DNA of 63,108 bases from an uncultured Spirochaetales bacterium. Lineage in GTDB: Bacteria > Spirochaetota > Spirochaetia > SPDA01 > CAZJBZ01. The notes below the pieces were generated by a model, which did no database searches, was not told the DNA's origin, and saw only the letters and a program-made list of their open reading frames with translations. Shown here in pieces: positions 22,528 to 32,475 of this stretch; position 1 is the first letter of the stretch; every line of letters begins with the position of its first letter. The stretch spans positions 1-63,108 of the forward strand of contig CAZQKT010000002.1 in NCBI GenBank assembly GCA_964594055.1, given 5' to 3'. Made by a program: the position numbers and the translations under genes.

Positions 22528-23061
22528 ATGAGCGAACAGTTGAAATTGAAAGCTCCTGCGGGAGCAAATAAAAAGAGAAAAATTTTCGGAAGAGGTAACG
22601 GAAGCACAAAAGGTGCTAAGTGCGGCAGAGGGGATAAAGGGCAAAATTCCCGCTCGGGAGGGAAAGTACGTCCCGGTTTCGAAGGTGGACAGATGCCGCT
22701 CTATCGCAGAATTGCGAGAAGAGGTTTCTCTAACTATCCTTTTAAGAAGGAGTATCAAATTGTAAACCTCAACGCGTTGAACGAAAAATTCGAAGACGGA
22801 GCAGCGGTAACACGGGAGAGTCTCCGGGAAAAAAAGATCATAAAATCTGTAAAGCTTCCTGTCAAAATACTTGGTGAAGGGACCTTGGAAAAAAAACTGA
22901 ACGTACAAGTTGACAAACTGTCCAAATCGGCTGCCGCTAAAATCGAAGAGAAAGGCGGGACTATTACAGCAGTCGGCGGTAAAGAAACAGCTGCGGCGGA
23001 ACAGAAAAGTGAGCCGAAAGAAGAACCGAAGGCAGAAACCGAAGAAGAAAAAAAAGAATAG
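22528..23061 (+). CDS. rplO: 50S ribosomal protein L15 (uL15) with a charged C-terminal tail
   Basis: 177 aa (GRGDKGQNSRSGG.., FEGGQMPLYRRI). The last ~30 aa are a K/E/A-rich extension. Confidence 0.96.
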   Translation: MSEQLKLKAPAGANKKRKIFGRGNGSTKGAKCGRGDKGQNSRSGGKVRPGFEGGQMPLYRRIARRGFSNYPFKKEYQIVNLNALNEKFEDGAAVTRESLREKKIIKSVKLPVKILGEGTLEKKLNVQVDKLSKSAAAKIEEKGGTITAVGGKETAAAEQKSEPKEEPKAETEEEKKE

Positions 23062-23072
23062 GGTGATTATAT

Positions 23073-24395
23073 ATGGCAAGTAATCCGTTGGCAGACATAT
23101 TTCGCATCAAAGATCTACGACAGAGAATTCTCTTTACGCTGTTTATTCTTGTAGTTTTCAGGCTGGGAGCGACTCTGCCCATCCCCGGAATTAATATTAA
23201 TGCCATAAAACTCTATTTTATGGCCCAACAAAGCAGCGGGGGAATCGGTGTAACCGAGTATATTAACTTTTTCTCGGGAGGGGCATTTTCCAACTTTTCG
23301 GTATTTATGCTCGGTATAATGCCGTATATCTCCATGTCCATTATTATGCAGCTTTTGCTGCTGGTCTTCCCGCGACTGAAAAAGATATCCGAAGAAGAGG
23401 GCGGGAGGAAAAAAATCCAGCGGTACACCCGCTACGGCACGGTTGTTGTCTCTCTAATCCAATCATACGCGGTAACAATTTATGCCGACCAGATACCGGA
23501 TGCGATTACCATGGCAAGATTGCCGTTTAATCTTCTGGCTATGGGAACGGTGACGACGGGGACGGTTTTTTTAATGTGGCTCGGAGAGCAGATTACCCAG
23601 CGCGGGGTTGGAAACGGTATTTCCCTTCTTATTTTTGCAGGAATTGTCGCCAGGATGCCCAATGCAATATTTACCCTATCCGACAAGATAAAGACGCGCG
23701 AATTGAATCCGGTTTTTGTCATCGTCGTGCTTGCTATGTTTGTCGGTGTTGTTGCATTAGTTATCTATGAGCAACGGGGACAGCGTAAAATTCCGGTCCA
23801 TTATGCGAAACGGGTAGTAGGCCGACGGATGTACGGCGCTCAGAATACCTATATCCCGTTTAAAATAAATCCATCCGGTGTAATTCCCGTCATTTTTGCA
23901 TCGTCAATATTAACTTTTCCGCTGCAGTTAGCAAGTAACCTCGGTACGAAGATCCAGTGGCTGGCGGATTTTTCTTACTGGCTTCGACCGGGAGGGCCGG
24001 CGTATATCATTGCCTATACGCTGCTTATTATATTTTTCGCCTATTTCTACACCCAGGTAACACTAAATCCTGTGGAAATTGCACGGCAGATACGGGAAAA
24101 CGGCGGTTCCATACCGGGAATCCGGACCGAGAGGACGGAGGAATATCTCAACAGAATATTAAGCAGAATAATACTGCCTGGTGCGGTTTTCCTCGCATTT
24201 ATTGCCATTATCCCCACGATAATACAGGGGATATTCAACTTTCCACCTGATGTTGCTATGCTTATGGGTGGTACATCTCTGCTTATCATGGTAGGAGTAG
24301 ACCTCGATACCATGTCCCAGATCGAAGGACATTTGCGTATGCATCATCATCAGGGACTGGTCAAAAAAGGCAGGATAAAATCAAGAAATCTGTAG
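23073..24395 (+). CDS. secY: preprotein translocase subunit SecY
   Basis: 440 aa, 10 TM-type profile (IPGININA.., [32 protein letters not shown]). Confidence 0.98.
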   Translation: MASNPLADIFRIKDLRQRILFTLFILVVFRLGATLPIPGININAIKLYFMAQQSSGGIGVTEYINFFSGGAFSNFSVFMLGIMPYISMSIIMQLLLLVFPRLKKISEEEGGRKKIQRYTRYGTVVVSLIQSYAVTIYADQIPDAITMARLPFNLLAMGTVTTGTVFLMWLGEQITQRGVGNGISLLIFAGIVARMPNAIFTLSDKIKTRELNPVFVIVVLAMFVGVVALVIYEQRGQRKIPVHYAKRVVGRRMYGAQNTYIPFKINPSGVIPVIFASSILTFPLQLASNLGTKIQWLADFSYWLRPGGPAYIIAYTLLIIFFAYFYTQVTLNPVEIARQIRENGGSIPGIRTERTEEYLNRILSRIILPGAVFLAFIAIIPTIIQGIFNFPPDVAMLMGGTSLLIMVGVDLDTMSQIEGHLRMHHHQGLVKKGRIKSRNL

Positions 24396-24405
24396 GAGAA
24401 CAAGC

Positions 24406-24519
24406 ATGAAGGTTCGAGCAAGTGTAAAGCCAATTTGCGATGATTGTAAGATAATTAGACGGAACGGGGTTTTACGAATTATCTGTAAAAATCCGAAACA
24501 CAAACAGCGGCAGCGCTAA
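24406..24519 (+). CDS. rpmJ: 50S ribosomal protein L36 (bL36), 37 aa, below ORF-track cut-off
   Basis: [37 protein letters not shown], with the C-x2-C..C-x4-H zinc motif. AGGAG lies upstream. It directly follows secY. Confidence 0.93.
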   Translation: MKVRASVKPICDDCKIIRRNGVLRIICKNPKHKQRQR

Positions 24520-24530
24520 GAGAGGAGAGT

Positions 24531-24905
24531 ATGGCACGAATTGCAGGAATAGATTTACCAAATAAACATACCAGAATCGCTCTGACCTATATTTACGGCA
24601 TTGGGCATTCCCTTGCCAAAGAGATATGCAAAAAAGCGGGAGTAGACCCGGAATCTCGAATTAATGAATTGAGCAGTGAAGACATAACAAAGCTGCGGAG
24701 AATTATTGACAACGATTACACCGTCGAAGGACGATTGCGAACGGAACAGTCTCTTAATATCAAACGGTTGATGGATATTGGCTGTTACCGAGGTCTGCGT
24801 CATAGAAGAGGGCTTCCTGTGAGAGGGCAAAGAACGCGTACAAACTCCAGGACGAGGAAAGGCAAGAAGAAAACTGTTGCCGGAAAGAAAAAAGCGGTTA
24901 AATAG
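24531..24905 (+). CDS. rpsM: 30S ribosomal protein S13 (uS13)
   Basis: 124 aa ([10 protein letters not shown].., [21 protein letters not shown]). Confidence 0.98.
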   Translation: MARIAGIDLPNKHTRIALTYIYGIGHSLAKEICKKAGVDPESRINELSSEDITKLRRIIDNDYTVEGRLRTEQSLNIKRLMDIGCYRGLRHRRGLPVRGQRTRTNSRTRKGKKKTVAGKKKAVK

Positions 24906-24930
24906 CTGCCGGCTACTGAGGAGTTAAGCA

Positions 24931-25317
24931 TTGGCAAAAGCAAAACCAAAAAGAAGAAAAGAGAAAAGAACAGTACACGTTGGAAATGTCTATATTCAGG
25001 CAACCTTTAACAACACCATTGTAACGATTACCGATTTGAACGGAAATGCCGTATCCTGGGCAAGTGCAGGCGCTCTAAACTTTAAAGGGGCAAAGAAGTC
25101 TACCCCGTATGCGGCCCAAACAACGGCTGAGACAGCGGCAAAAAAGGCAATGGATGCGGGACTGCGAGAAGTCAACATCTTTGTGAAAGGGCCGGGGATC
25201 GGCAGAGAGTCTGCAATTAGGTCTCTAGGGGCTATGGGATTACGAGTAAAGAGTATTCGAGATACTACGCCAATTCCCCATAACGGATGCAGACCGAGAA
25301 AAACAAGAAGAGTATAG
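24931..25317 (+). CDS. rpsK: 30S ribosomal protein S11 (uS11)
   Basis: TTG start after GAGGAG, 128 aa ([20 protein letters not shown].., [15 protein letters not shown]). Confidence 0.95.
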   Translation: MAKAKPKRRKEKRTVHVGNVYIQATFNNTIVTITDLNGNAVSWASAGALNFKGAKKSTPYAAQTTAETAAKKAMDAGLREVNIFVKGPGIGRESAIRSLGAMGLRVKSIRDTTPIPHNGCRPRKTRRV

Positions 25318-25340
25318 ACGGAAAGGAAACGGAGGAGTAC

Positions 25341-25976
25341 ATGGGACGAAATACAGGCCCACAGTGTCGATTATGCCGGGCTGAAAAGAGAAAATTGTTC
25401 CTAAAAGGGGAGCGGTGCTACAGCGGCAAATGCCCGATCACAAAGAAAAGGCCTACACCGGGAAAAGCGCCGCGTAGTAGACCGAAGAAGATATCGGATT
25501 ACGGTTTACAGTTGAGGGAAAAACAGAAAGTGAAACGGATGTACGGCATGCTCGAGAAACAGTTCAAACTGATGTTTAATAAAGCTGATCGAATGTCCGG
25601 AAAGACAGGAGAAAATCTGCTTTCATTATGCGAAAGTAGACTGGACAACGTTGTGTACCGCATGCGGTTTGCCTCATCACGGAATCAGGCTCGGCAGTTT
25701 GTTACTCATGGACATATACGTGTAAACGGAAGAAAAGTGAACATACCCTCTTTTATTGTAAAAGAAAATGATGCAATCGAAGTAGCTGATAGAGGGAAAA
25801 AGATGGTAATGATCAAGGAGAGCCTTAAAGAATATACAAAATCCGGAGTTGTTCCGTGGTTGGAAGTCGATCCTGATAACATGAAAGGTGTTGTAAAGGC
25901 AATTCCGAGAAAGAATGATCTTACCGAAATGGAAGACATTAAAGAACAGTTGATAGTTGAGTTATATTCAAAATAG
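25341..25976 (+). CDS. rpsD: 30S ribosomal protein S4 (uS4), zinc-finger form
   Basis: ATG 25341 after GGAGGAG. 211 aa starting [31 protein letters not shown], with a C-terminal S4 RNA-binding domain. The longer ORF from 25287 overlaps rpsK. Confidence 0.94.
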   Translation: MGRNTGPQCRLCRAEKRKLFLKGERCYSGKCPITKKRPTPGKAPRSRPKKISDYGLQLREKQKVKRMYGMLEKQFKLMFNKADRMSGKTGENLLSLCESRLDNVVYRMRFASSRNQARQFVTHGHIRVNGRKVNIPSFIVKENDAIEVADRGKKMVMIKESLKEYTKSGVVPWLEVDPDNMKGVVKAIPRKNDLTEMEDIKEQLIVELYSK

Positions 25977-25985
25977 GGAGAATCC

Positions 25986-27041
25986 ATGGCTAGAAAAAAC
26001 CTTCTAAAGGGATTTAAGAAGCCGAAAGGAATTACATTCGAACATAGCGAAGTCGATAAATTTCACGGGACGTTTGTCGCCTACCCGTTTGAACGGGGAT
26101 ACGGAACAACGATCGGGAACACATTACGGCGTATTCTCCTTTCCTCCATTCAGGGGTATGCAGTGTCCGCCGTTAAAATTACATCGTACGATGAAGAAGG
26201 GACTCCGCATGTTGTCTCCAGTGAATTCGAGATGATTCCTGAGCTGGTGGAGGATACCCCGGAAGTAATAAGCAATTTGAAGCAGCTTCAAATAAAGCTC
26301 TCCAATGATATGGACCAGAAAGTGATTCTTGTTGAATGCAGAGGTCCGGGAGAGATAACAGGAAAAGATTTGGAGCTCGACAATGATGTTTCTATCATCA
26401 ATAAGGAGCTCAAAATTGCGACGATGATGGATGGAGCAAACATCGACATCGAGCTGCAGATAGATCTCGGCAGGGGTTACATACCGGCAGAGATAAACGA
26501 GAAATATATTGAAGTTCTGGGAACAATCCCCATAGATGCAGTATTTTCGCCGATTAAACGGGTCAAATATTCCATTGAAAACACGCGAGTGGGACAGCGG
26601 AGTGATTATGACAAGCTGGTACTCGATGTGTGGACCGACGGTACCATTCCTCCCGAAAATGCATTAGCAGAGGCAGCAAAAATAGCAAAGGACCATTTTA
26701 CAATTTTTATTAATTTTGATGAGGATTCAATCGGCGGGGACGAAGATATCGACGAAGACGAAGAGAGGATACGGCAAATTCTCGACACGCCGGTAGAGGA
26801 GCTGGAGCTTTCGGTGCGTTCGAGTAACTGTCTCAAAAATGCAAATATTAGAACTATAGGAGATTTGACCCACAAAACTGAAGATGAGATAGCAAAAACC
26901 CGTAATTTCGGGAAGAAATCGCTCTTAGAGATAAAAGAGAAGCTTTCGGAATGGGGTTTGAACTTAGGGATGACCGATTACAGTAGCTTAAAAGACGCTC
27001 GGCAATTACGGCAAAGCAAGGAAGAGGAAGAAGATGAATAA
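25986..27041 (+). CDS. rpoA: DNA-directed RNA polymerase subunit alpha
   Basis: 351 aa with NTD ([16 protein letters not shown]) and CTD ([23 protein letters not shown]), plus an acidic tail. Confidence 0.98.
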   Translation: MARKNLLKGFKKPKGITFEHSEVDKFHGTFVAYPFERGYGTTIGNTLRRILLSSIQGYAVSAVKITSYDEEGTPHVVSSEFEMIPELVEDTPEVISNLKQLQIKLSNDMDQKVILVECRGPGEITGKDLELDNDVSIINKELKIATMMDGANIDIELQIDLGRGYIPAEINEKYIEVLGTIPIDAVFSPIKRVKYSIENTRVGQRSDYDKLVLDVWTDGTIPPENALAEAAKIAKDHFTIFINFDEDSIGGDEDIDEDEERIRQILDTPVEELELSVRSSNCLKNANIRTIGDLTHKTEDEIAKTRNFGKKSLLEIKEKLSEWGLNLGMTDYSSLKDARQLRQSKEEEEDE

Positions 27042-27471
27042 TCGTATCAGTTATAATAGACTCGGAAGAAAAGCAAGCCACAGAAAAGCACTACACAGAA
27101 ATATGGTAACATCGCTTTTCCGGTATGAGCGGATTACGACAACGGTGAGTAAGGCAAAAGAGCTCAGGCGTACTGCGGAGAAGATGATTACCCGTGCGAA
27201 GATCGATTCAGTGCATAATAGGCGGTTAATCGCAAAAGATATAGGTGATAAAGCGGTTTTGGCTAAACTTTTTACGGATATTGCTCCGAGAAATGCTCAA
27301 CGGCCGGGAGGATATACGAGAATACTCAAAATGGGGCGCAGACGCAACGATGCCGCAGAAATGGCACTCATTGAACTCGTTGAGCGGATAGAAGAAGAAA
27401 AGAAAAAGAGTACTGCGAAAAAGGAAAAAGAAGAGGTTAGTGAGGGGGCTTCTGACGAACAAGAAGAATAG
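27034..27471 (+). CDS. rplQ: 50S ribosomal protein L17 (bL17) with an acidic C-terminal tail
   Basis: 145 aa ([19 protein letters not shown].., [10 protein letters not shown]). Overlaps rpoA by 8 nt. Confidence 0.97.
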   Translation: MNNRISYNRLGRKASHRKALHRNMVTSLFRYERITTTVSKAKELRRTAEKMITRAKIDSVHNRRLIAKDIGDKAVLAKLFTDIAPRNAQRPGGYTRILKMGRRRNDAAEMALIELVERIEEEKKKSTAKKEKEEVSEGASDEQEE

Positions 27472-27501
27472 ACTCATCAATACATTGTTTTAAGGAAAGC
27501 A

Positions 27502-27547
27502 AAGCATCCTTTGCAGTTCATTCAAATTGGAAGGGATGCTTTTTTTT
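27502..27547 (+). terminator. rho-independent terminator ending the ribosomal block
   Basis: AAGCATCC..GGATGCTT stem followed by T7 (27541-27547), 30 nt after the rplQ stop. Confidence 0.75.
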
Positions 27548-27569
27548 ATCTTTTCTTTCAGGCTCTCTA

Positions 27570-27598
27570 TTGATGATTCCTATCTGCCGATATATTAT
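27570..27598 (+). promoter_or_regulatory. sigma70-type promoter candidate for the 1072-aa gene
   Basis: TTGATG, a 17-nt spacer, then TATTAT. It ends 23 nt upstream of ATG 27622. Confidence 0.4.
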
Positions 27599-27621
27599 AA
27601 AAGTAGAGAGTCTCTAGTATA

Positions 27622-30600
27622 ATGAAACCAGTAGTAAAAGTAGCGATAAGTCTATTAATTACAGTTGTTATCTTCAGCGTTTTTGTTATTTTCGCCTTTT
27701 CAGGGCTTTTTTCGTTTGTTGAAACTCGATTTTACAATCAGCGGATAAAAAGTGAGATATCCTCGGAGGTAAAAGATGCAACCTCTGCAATTGAAGCGTA
27801 TAACCGGCATAATCGAGAAATTTTTCGCTCTTTTATTGCTGCTGATTATGTAAAACGGTCCTTCCTCCCGAACCAGAGTCAGGAAGACATCTTTCAGCGG
27901 CGCACAGCATATAATAATCTAACGACAGAGTTTCCGGGACTGCTCTTTGTCCGTTTCGTGGATACGAAAGGAAACATCCATTATAGCACATATGATGCAG
28001 ATATGAAGCGTGAGGATGAATTCTCCGTCGTATACAATCGACTCAAAGATGTCGATACATCGATTCCGGAAGAGGAATTACTGCTTTTCGAAGAGAATTC
28101 TCCGAATTACATTATTGATGCCGCAAACAACAGACTGATTTATCAATTTCCCTTTTATGATCACGTTGATATTTTTAAAGGGACCGCTCTGTTTTATGTC
28201 TCGAAACGGGACCTGAAAAATGATCTAATCAAAAACAATGTACTCGAAGAAGGCCGCAGTTTTTCTTTCATAGACCGGAAGGGGTATGTTTTCAACATCG
28301 ATGTGGAAAAAAACATCGAAATAAAAGAAGAGCTCGATGCAGTTTGGCAGTCGAAATCTGAATATACGACGATACAAACCGAGCCAATTATTGCCGCTGA
28401 AGATGAAAACCGGTTTTTCCTTTTCAGTACCTATAAAGAGGATCTCGGCTACCTCGGCTACCTTGTCCCCGAATCATTTTTTTCGCTCAATCAATATCTA
28501 AAAAACATTCTCATGGTATCTTTCTTCCTCACCGTTTTCTTAGTCTTGTTTCTGCTGTTGAGTATCAAACAGGATAAGGTGCTCGTTCTTTCCGAGAGGA
28601 TTAAGCGTTTTCAGATAAATTTTCTCAAAGAGTACGTTGAAAACAGAGAGTCCGTTGACTGGAACAAATGGCAACGTGAATTAGGGCGCAAAAAAAGAGT
28701 TGTTTCATCTGAGATAAAGCATGGATTGGGAAAGTTGAACGAAGAACGGGAAAAAGAAGTCGATGAATTGATCGATAAAAGCTGGGATGAAATCATCTCG
28801 ATAATCGGCGAGAAAATAGAAGTACCCGGGAAGGAGCCGGTTACCGTTTCCAACAAGATCGAAATTGAGAATCTCGAGCAGGTTTTAGAACGAATTCTGA
28901 AGAAGGGGAATATCGCGATTCCTGCTACCGGGCAGCCTGCAGCTGGAGATGATCGCAGGGCAGCCGGACCGCCGAAAGCCCCGTCACATGCACCAGTAGA
29001 CGAAGGTGAACCTGTCTCTGATTTAGAAGAGATTCCGCCTGAAGAAACTTCCGGTGAAGAAACGGAAAAAGCGGAAGAGGTAACACCGGTAAAGTACAAA
29101 CCGGGAGAGCCGATCGAGGTGGAGGAAGTTTCTGAGGAGGAGTACCTCGAGGAAGAAGCTTGCGAAGGTGACCTCGAAGAAGTCGAAGAAGTCGAAGAAG
29201 TCGAAGAAGTCAATACTGAAAAGGTACCCGACAGCGCGGCTTTTCTCGAGGAAGCCGAAGAACTCGAAGAGGTAGAGGAAGAGCCTCCCGAAACTGTTCC
29301 TGAACCCGAACCGGAAGAACCGGAAAAACTGCTGCCGGAGCAGGTTGAAGAACTGCCGCCGGAAAGTCCGGAAGAATATCCTGAAGTTGAGCCCGAGCTC
29401 GAACCCGAACCGGAACCGGAAGAGGAACAACCTGTCGAGGAAATTGAAGAAGAAGAAAACATTCCAGAAGAAGTACCTGAGATAGAGCCCGAACCGGAAG
29501 AAGAGGAAGTAGAAGAAGTAGAGGATATCCCTGAAACCGAGGTGGAAGAGGAGTTTGCAGTCTTAGAAGAAGTAAAAGAGTTGCCTTTCCAGCCATTCGC
29601 CCGAGAACAGCAGGAACAGCTCGATGAACTCGAAACGGTCGAAGAGAGAAGAGAGGAAGATGCAGAGCCACTGGAGATGGTCTCCGGCGGCTACAATTAC
29701 TCGAGTCTGTTTGCAGGATACAAGCCGGGGGCTTTTAATCAAAGTTTCAATTGGAAGGCCTCTTTTGTGGATGAAGAAGCTGCAGCAACAGAGGAGTATG
29801 TAAAAACGGAGGAATCCGGTCAAGGGGAAATAGATGAACCGGAAGAGCTGCAGCCGGAAGATCTTCAGTCTCAAGAACTGCCGCTTGAAGAGCTTGAGGG
29901 TGAAGAAGCGGAAGAAATCGGAGAAACGGCGGAGGTTACGGAGGTTACTGAAGAAAAGCCCGAAAATATGGCCGAGGATGCGAGTGCTCTCCAATTCAAG
30001 AAAATCATCGGCACATTGCTAAAGAACAAAAAAATTGAGATTATCGATTTAAGTCAAATCGTCGAAAAGTATGAGGGCAAAACGGGCAAAACAGATGCAG
30101 TAGAAGCTGATTCAGACGGCGTACCGATGATCCGGGAGGATATCTTAGAGAGCAACCGCGATGAGGGAGATGAACAGTTTCAAGCTTTGGTAACGGATGT
30201 ATCGAAATCTTCTGTTTCGCAACAAGAAGATCGGATGCTTTCTATAGGGGACCTTTTTGAGTCTGAAGAAGTCGATCTCTCACTATCATTTTTCGCCGAC
30301 GAGCAAAAGGACGCTACCGAGAAAGGCGAGGGTGAAAAAGAGAAGCAGAGCACTCCGGAGAAGGCATCAACCGGAGAAACTGTTTGTTTTTCCTCCGATG
30401 GCTTCAATTTCGAACTTTTTTCAAAAGCGTTTTCCCCGCCGCAAATGCAGGTAATGAAATCACTTCTTACGATTTCAAGAGAAACAAGAGCAATTTTTGC
30501 GGCATTGCTGCTCGAAGAAGATACTGTTCTCTCTCTTTACAATTCCGTAGGGTTCGATGAGATCAGTATTCAATCACTTACATTCGGCAAAGAAGAGCCG

Positions 30601-30840
30601 TTCTATAAGGAGTATCTCCAAAACCGCAAATGCATTGCCCTTAAAATGCCGGCAAGTGTGTTCCAGCCTCTTGCATCAAAAATTAGCCGGATGGACCAGA
30701 AGTATTTGCAGGGAAGTGTCTTTTTTCCGGTCAAAGCACATCAAACACAAGGCTATCTCTTCTTAGGGCTTAAAGTCACTGAGATAAGTGTGGAAGAAGT
30801 AGCCGAAAAACTCAACAACCTCTGCAAAGAACAGGTATAG
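27622..30840 (+). CDS. hypothetical two-TM membrane protein: extracytoplasmic sensor-like domain, hyper-acidic E/P-rich region, GAF-like C-terminal domain
   Basis: 1072-aa ORF. TM1 is about aa 7-31 and TM2 about aa 296-316 (nt 28507-28569). About aa 445-880 are extremely E/P/V-rich (EVEEVEEVEEV, PEPEPEE). The last ~170 aa have ordinary composition. No family recognised with certainty. Confidence 0.8.
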   Translation: MKPVVKVAISLLITVVIFSVFVIFAFSGLFSFVETRFYNQRIKSEISSEVKDATSAIEAYNRHNREIFRSFIAADYVKRSFLPNQSQEDIFQRRTAYNNLTTEFPGLLFVRFVDTKGNIHYSTYDADMKREDEFSVVYNRLKDVDTSIPEEELLLFEENSPNYIIDAANNRLIYQFPFYDHVDIFKGTALFYVSKRDLKNDLIKNNVLEEGRSFSFIDRKGYVFNIDVEKNIEIKEELDAVWQSKSEYTTIQTEPIIAAEDENRFFLFSTYKEDLGYLGYLVPESFFSLNQYLKNILMVSFFLTVFLVLFLLLSIKQDKVLVLSERIKRFQINFLKEYVENRESVDWNKWQRELGRKKRVVSSEIKHGLGKLNEEREKEVDELIDKSWDEIISIIGEKIEVPGKEPVTVSNKIEIENLEQVLERILKKGNIAIPATGQPAAGDDRRAAGPPKAPSHAPVDEGEPVSDLEEIPPEETSGEETEKAEEVTPVKYKPGEPIEVEEVSEEEYLEEEACEGDLEEVEEVEEVEEVNTEKVPDSAAFLEEAEELEEVEEEPPETVPEPEPEEPEKLLPEQVEELPPESPEEYPEVEPELEPEPEPEEEQPVEEIEEEENIPEEVPEIEPEPEEEEVEEVEDIPETEVEEEFAVLEEVKELPFQPFAREQQEQLDELETVEERREEDAEPLEMVSGGYNYSSLFAGYKPGAFNQSFNWKASFVDEEAAATEEYVKTEESGQGEIDEPEELQPEDLQSQELPLEELEGEEAEEIGETAEVTEVTEEKPENMAEDASALQFKKIIGTLLKNKKIEIIDLSQIVEKYEGKTGKTDAVEADSDGVPMIREDILESNRDEGDEQFQALVTDVSKSSVSQQEDRMLSIGDLFESEEVDLSLSFFADEQKDATEKGEGEKEKQSTPEKASTGETVCFSSDGFNFELFSKAFSPPQMQVMKSLLTISRETRAIFAALLLEEDTVLSLYNSVGFDEISIQSLTFGKEEPFYKEYLQNRKCIALKMPASVFQPLASKISRMDQKYLQGSVFFPVKAHQTQGYLFLGLKVTEISVEEVAEKLNNLCKEQV
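29176..29211 (+). repeat. perfect 9-nt tandem repeat x4 (GAAGAAGTC) encoding (EEV)4
   Basis: Read directly. It is embedded in a larger GAA/CCG-rich low-complexity stretch (about 28950-30260). Confidence 0.9.
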
Positions 30841-30885
30841 CAGTGCCTGGGTACCTAGTTTTGTAACACAATGATAGTAATTTCC

Positions 30886-30914
30886 TTGACAAAGTGCTAA
30901 TATTACTATATATA
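30886..30914 (+). promoter_or_regulatory. sigma70-type promoter candidate for rny
   Basis: TTGACA (30886-30891), a 17-nt spacer, then TATATA (30909-30914). Confidence 0.5.
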
Positions 30915-30942
30915 TAGTGCAACATCAAAGTGGGGGAAGATT

Positions 30943-32472
30943 ATGTTTGTATTAACTGCAATCATACTTTCTCTCGCTGGTTTGGTTCTAGGTTGGACAA
31001 TTCGATGGTTATATGCCAGATTTCAATTATCTTCTTCCGAGCAAAAAGCGGAAAGGATAAAACAAGATGCCTTAAAGGAGGCGGAAGCTAGAAAAAAGGA
31101 AGCAATTCTTGAAACGAAAGATCAGCTCATAAAAGAGAGAAATCAGCAAGAAAGCGAATTTCGAGAACGAAGAAATGAGCTGCAGCGGTTTGAGAAACGA
31201 CTCCTTCAGAAAGAAGAAAACCTAGAAAGGAAAACTGCTGCTCTGGAAAACGAGAGCAAGTTACTTGCAGACCGTGAGGGGAAATTAAAGCAGAAAGAAA
31301 TAGATTTACATGGGGAAGAACAGCGGTGGAAAGAAGAGCTTGAACGAATTGCGGGAATATCCGCAGAAGAAGCCAAAACGCTCATCATTCAGACCCTTCA
31401 AGATGAGGCAAAACATGACGCCCAGGTCTATGTAAACAAAATAGAACAAGAGGCAAAAACAACAGCGAACAAAAAATCCAGGGACATTCTTGTCACGACA
31501 ATCCAGCGACTCGCAACCGATATCAGTTCGGAAGTAACAGTTACGTCGGTAAGTCTGCCCGGTGATGAAATGAAAGGGAGAATTATCGGCAGAGAAGGAA
31601 GGAATATTAGAACGCTGGAAACACTTACCGGCGTTGATATCATTATTGATGACACTCCTGAAGCTGTTGTAATTTCTTGTTTTGATCCAATCCGTAAAGA
31701 AATTGCAAAAATCTCTTTAGAGAGACTCATAGCCGACGGCAGGATACATCCGGCGAGAATCGAGGAAATCGTCCAAAAGGTTACAAAAGAAATCAGTCAG
31801 ATTATCTATGAAGAAGGCGAAAAGGCGGTCTTCGATCTCGGCATTCATAACATGACGCAGGATGGAATCCGCGCTTTAGGCCGCCTCCATTTTCGTTCGA
31901 GTTATGGACAGAATGTTTTAAGCCACTCTAAGGAAGTAGCAATAGTAGCAGGGATGCTTGCAGCGGAAGTCGGCGGGGATAGAGAGATTGCGAAACGGGG
32001 AGCTCTGCTTCACGATATCGGAAAAGGGATCGAAACCGACGGCGACGGAAACCATGCTGAAGTAGGATCGGAATTAGCACGCAAAATGGGAGAAGATCCT
32101 CGAATTATCAATGCAATTTCCGCACATCACAACGACGTAGAACCTATTTGCATCGAAACAGTAATTGTCCAAATAGCGGATGCAATATCTGCATCCAGAC
32201 CAGGGGCCCGGCGAGAGACATTAGACAACTATATCAAGAGGCTGGAAAACCTCGAAAATATAGCAGAAAGTTTTAGCGAAGTCGATAAGGCTTATGCAAT
32301 TCAGGCGGGGAGAGAGTTGAGAATCATTGTGAATAATGAATCTACAAATGATAACAATATTCATGGCCTCGCTAAAGAGATTGCAAAGAAGATAGAAGTT
32401 GAACTGCGCTATCCGGGACGTATAAAAGTAACGATTATCCGGGAAACACGGATCGTCGAATACGCGCGATAG
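30943..32472 (+). CDS. rny: ribonuclease Y
   Basis: 509 aa: N-terminal TM helix, coiled coil, KH domain (GRIIGREGRNIRTLE) and HD domain (LLHDIGK..HH). Confidence 0.97.
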   Translation: MFVLTAIILSLAGLVLGWTIRWLYARFQLSSSEQKAERIKQDALKEAEARKKEAILETKDQLIKERNQQESEFRERRNELQRFEKRLLQKEENLERKTAALENESKLLADREGKLKQKEIDLHGEEQRWKEELERIAGISAEEAKTLIIQTLQDEAKHDAQVYVNKIEQEAKTTANKKSRDILVTTIQRLATDISSEVTVTSVSLPGDEMKGRIIGREGRNIRTLETLTGVDIIIDDTPEAVVISCFDPIRKEIAKISLERLIADGRIHPARIEEIVQKVTKEISQIIYEEGEKAVFDLGIHNMTQDGIRALGRLHFRSSYGQNVLSHSKEVAIVAGMLAAEVGGDREIAKRGALLHDIGKGIETDGDGNHAEVGSELARKMGEDPRIINAISAHHNDVEPICIETVIVQIADAISASRPGARRETLDNYIKRLENLENIAESFSEVDKAYAIQAGRELRIIVNNESTNDNNIHGLAKEIAKKIEVELRYPGRIKVTIIRETRIVEYAR

Positions 32473-32475
32473 AGT

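Noticed and set aside
28611-29671. Long antisense/alternate-frame ORFs (283 aa Ser-rich at 28611-29462; 135 aa at 29023-29430; 153 aa at 29210-29671) inside the acidic protein gene
   Set aside because: They are by-products of the GAA/GAG/CCG low-complexity repeat, whose complement reads TTC/CTC/CGG without stops. Their composition is monotonous (poly-S, F/R-rich), they have no RBS, and they lie fully inside a much longer plus-strand ORF with real flanking domains.
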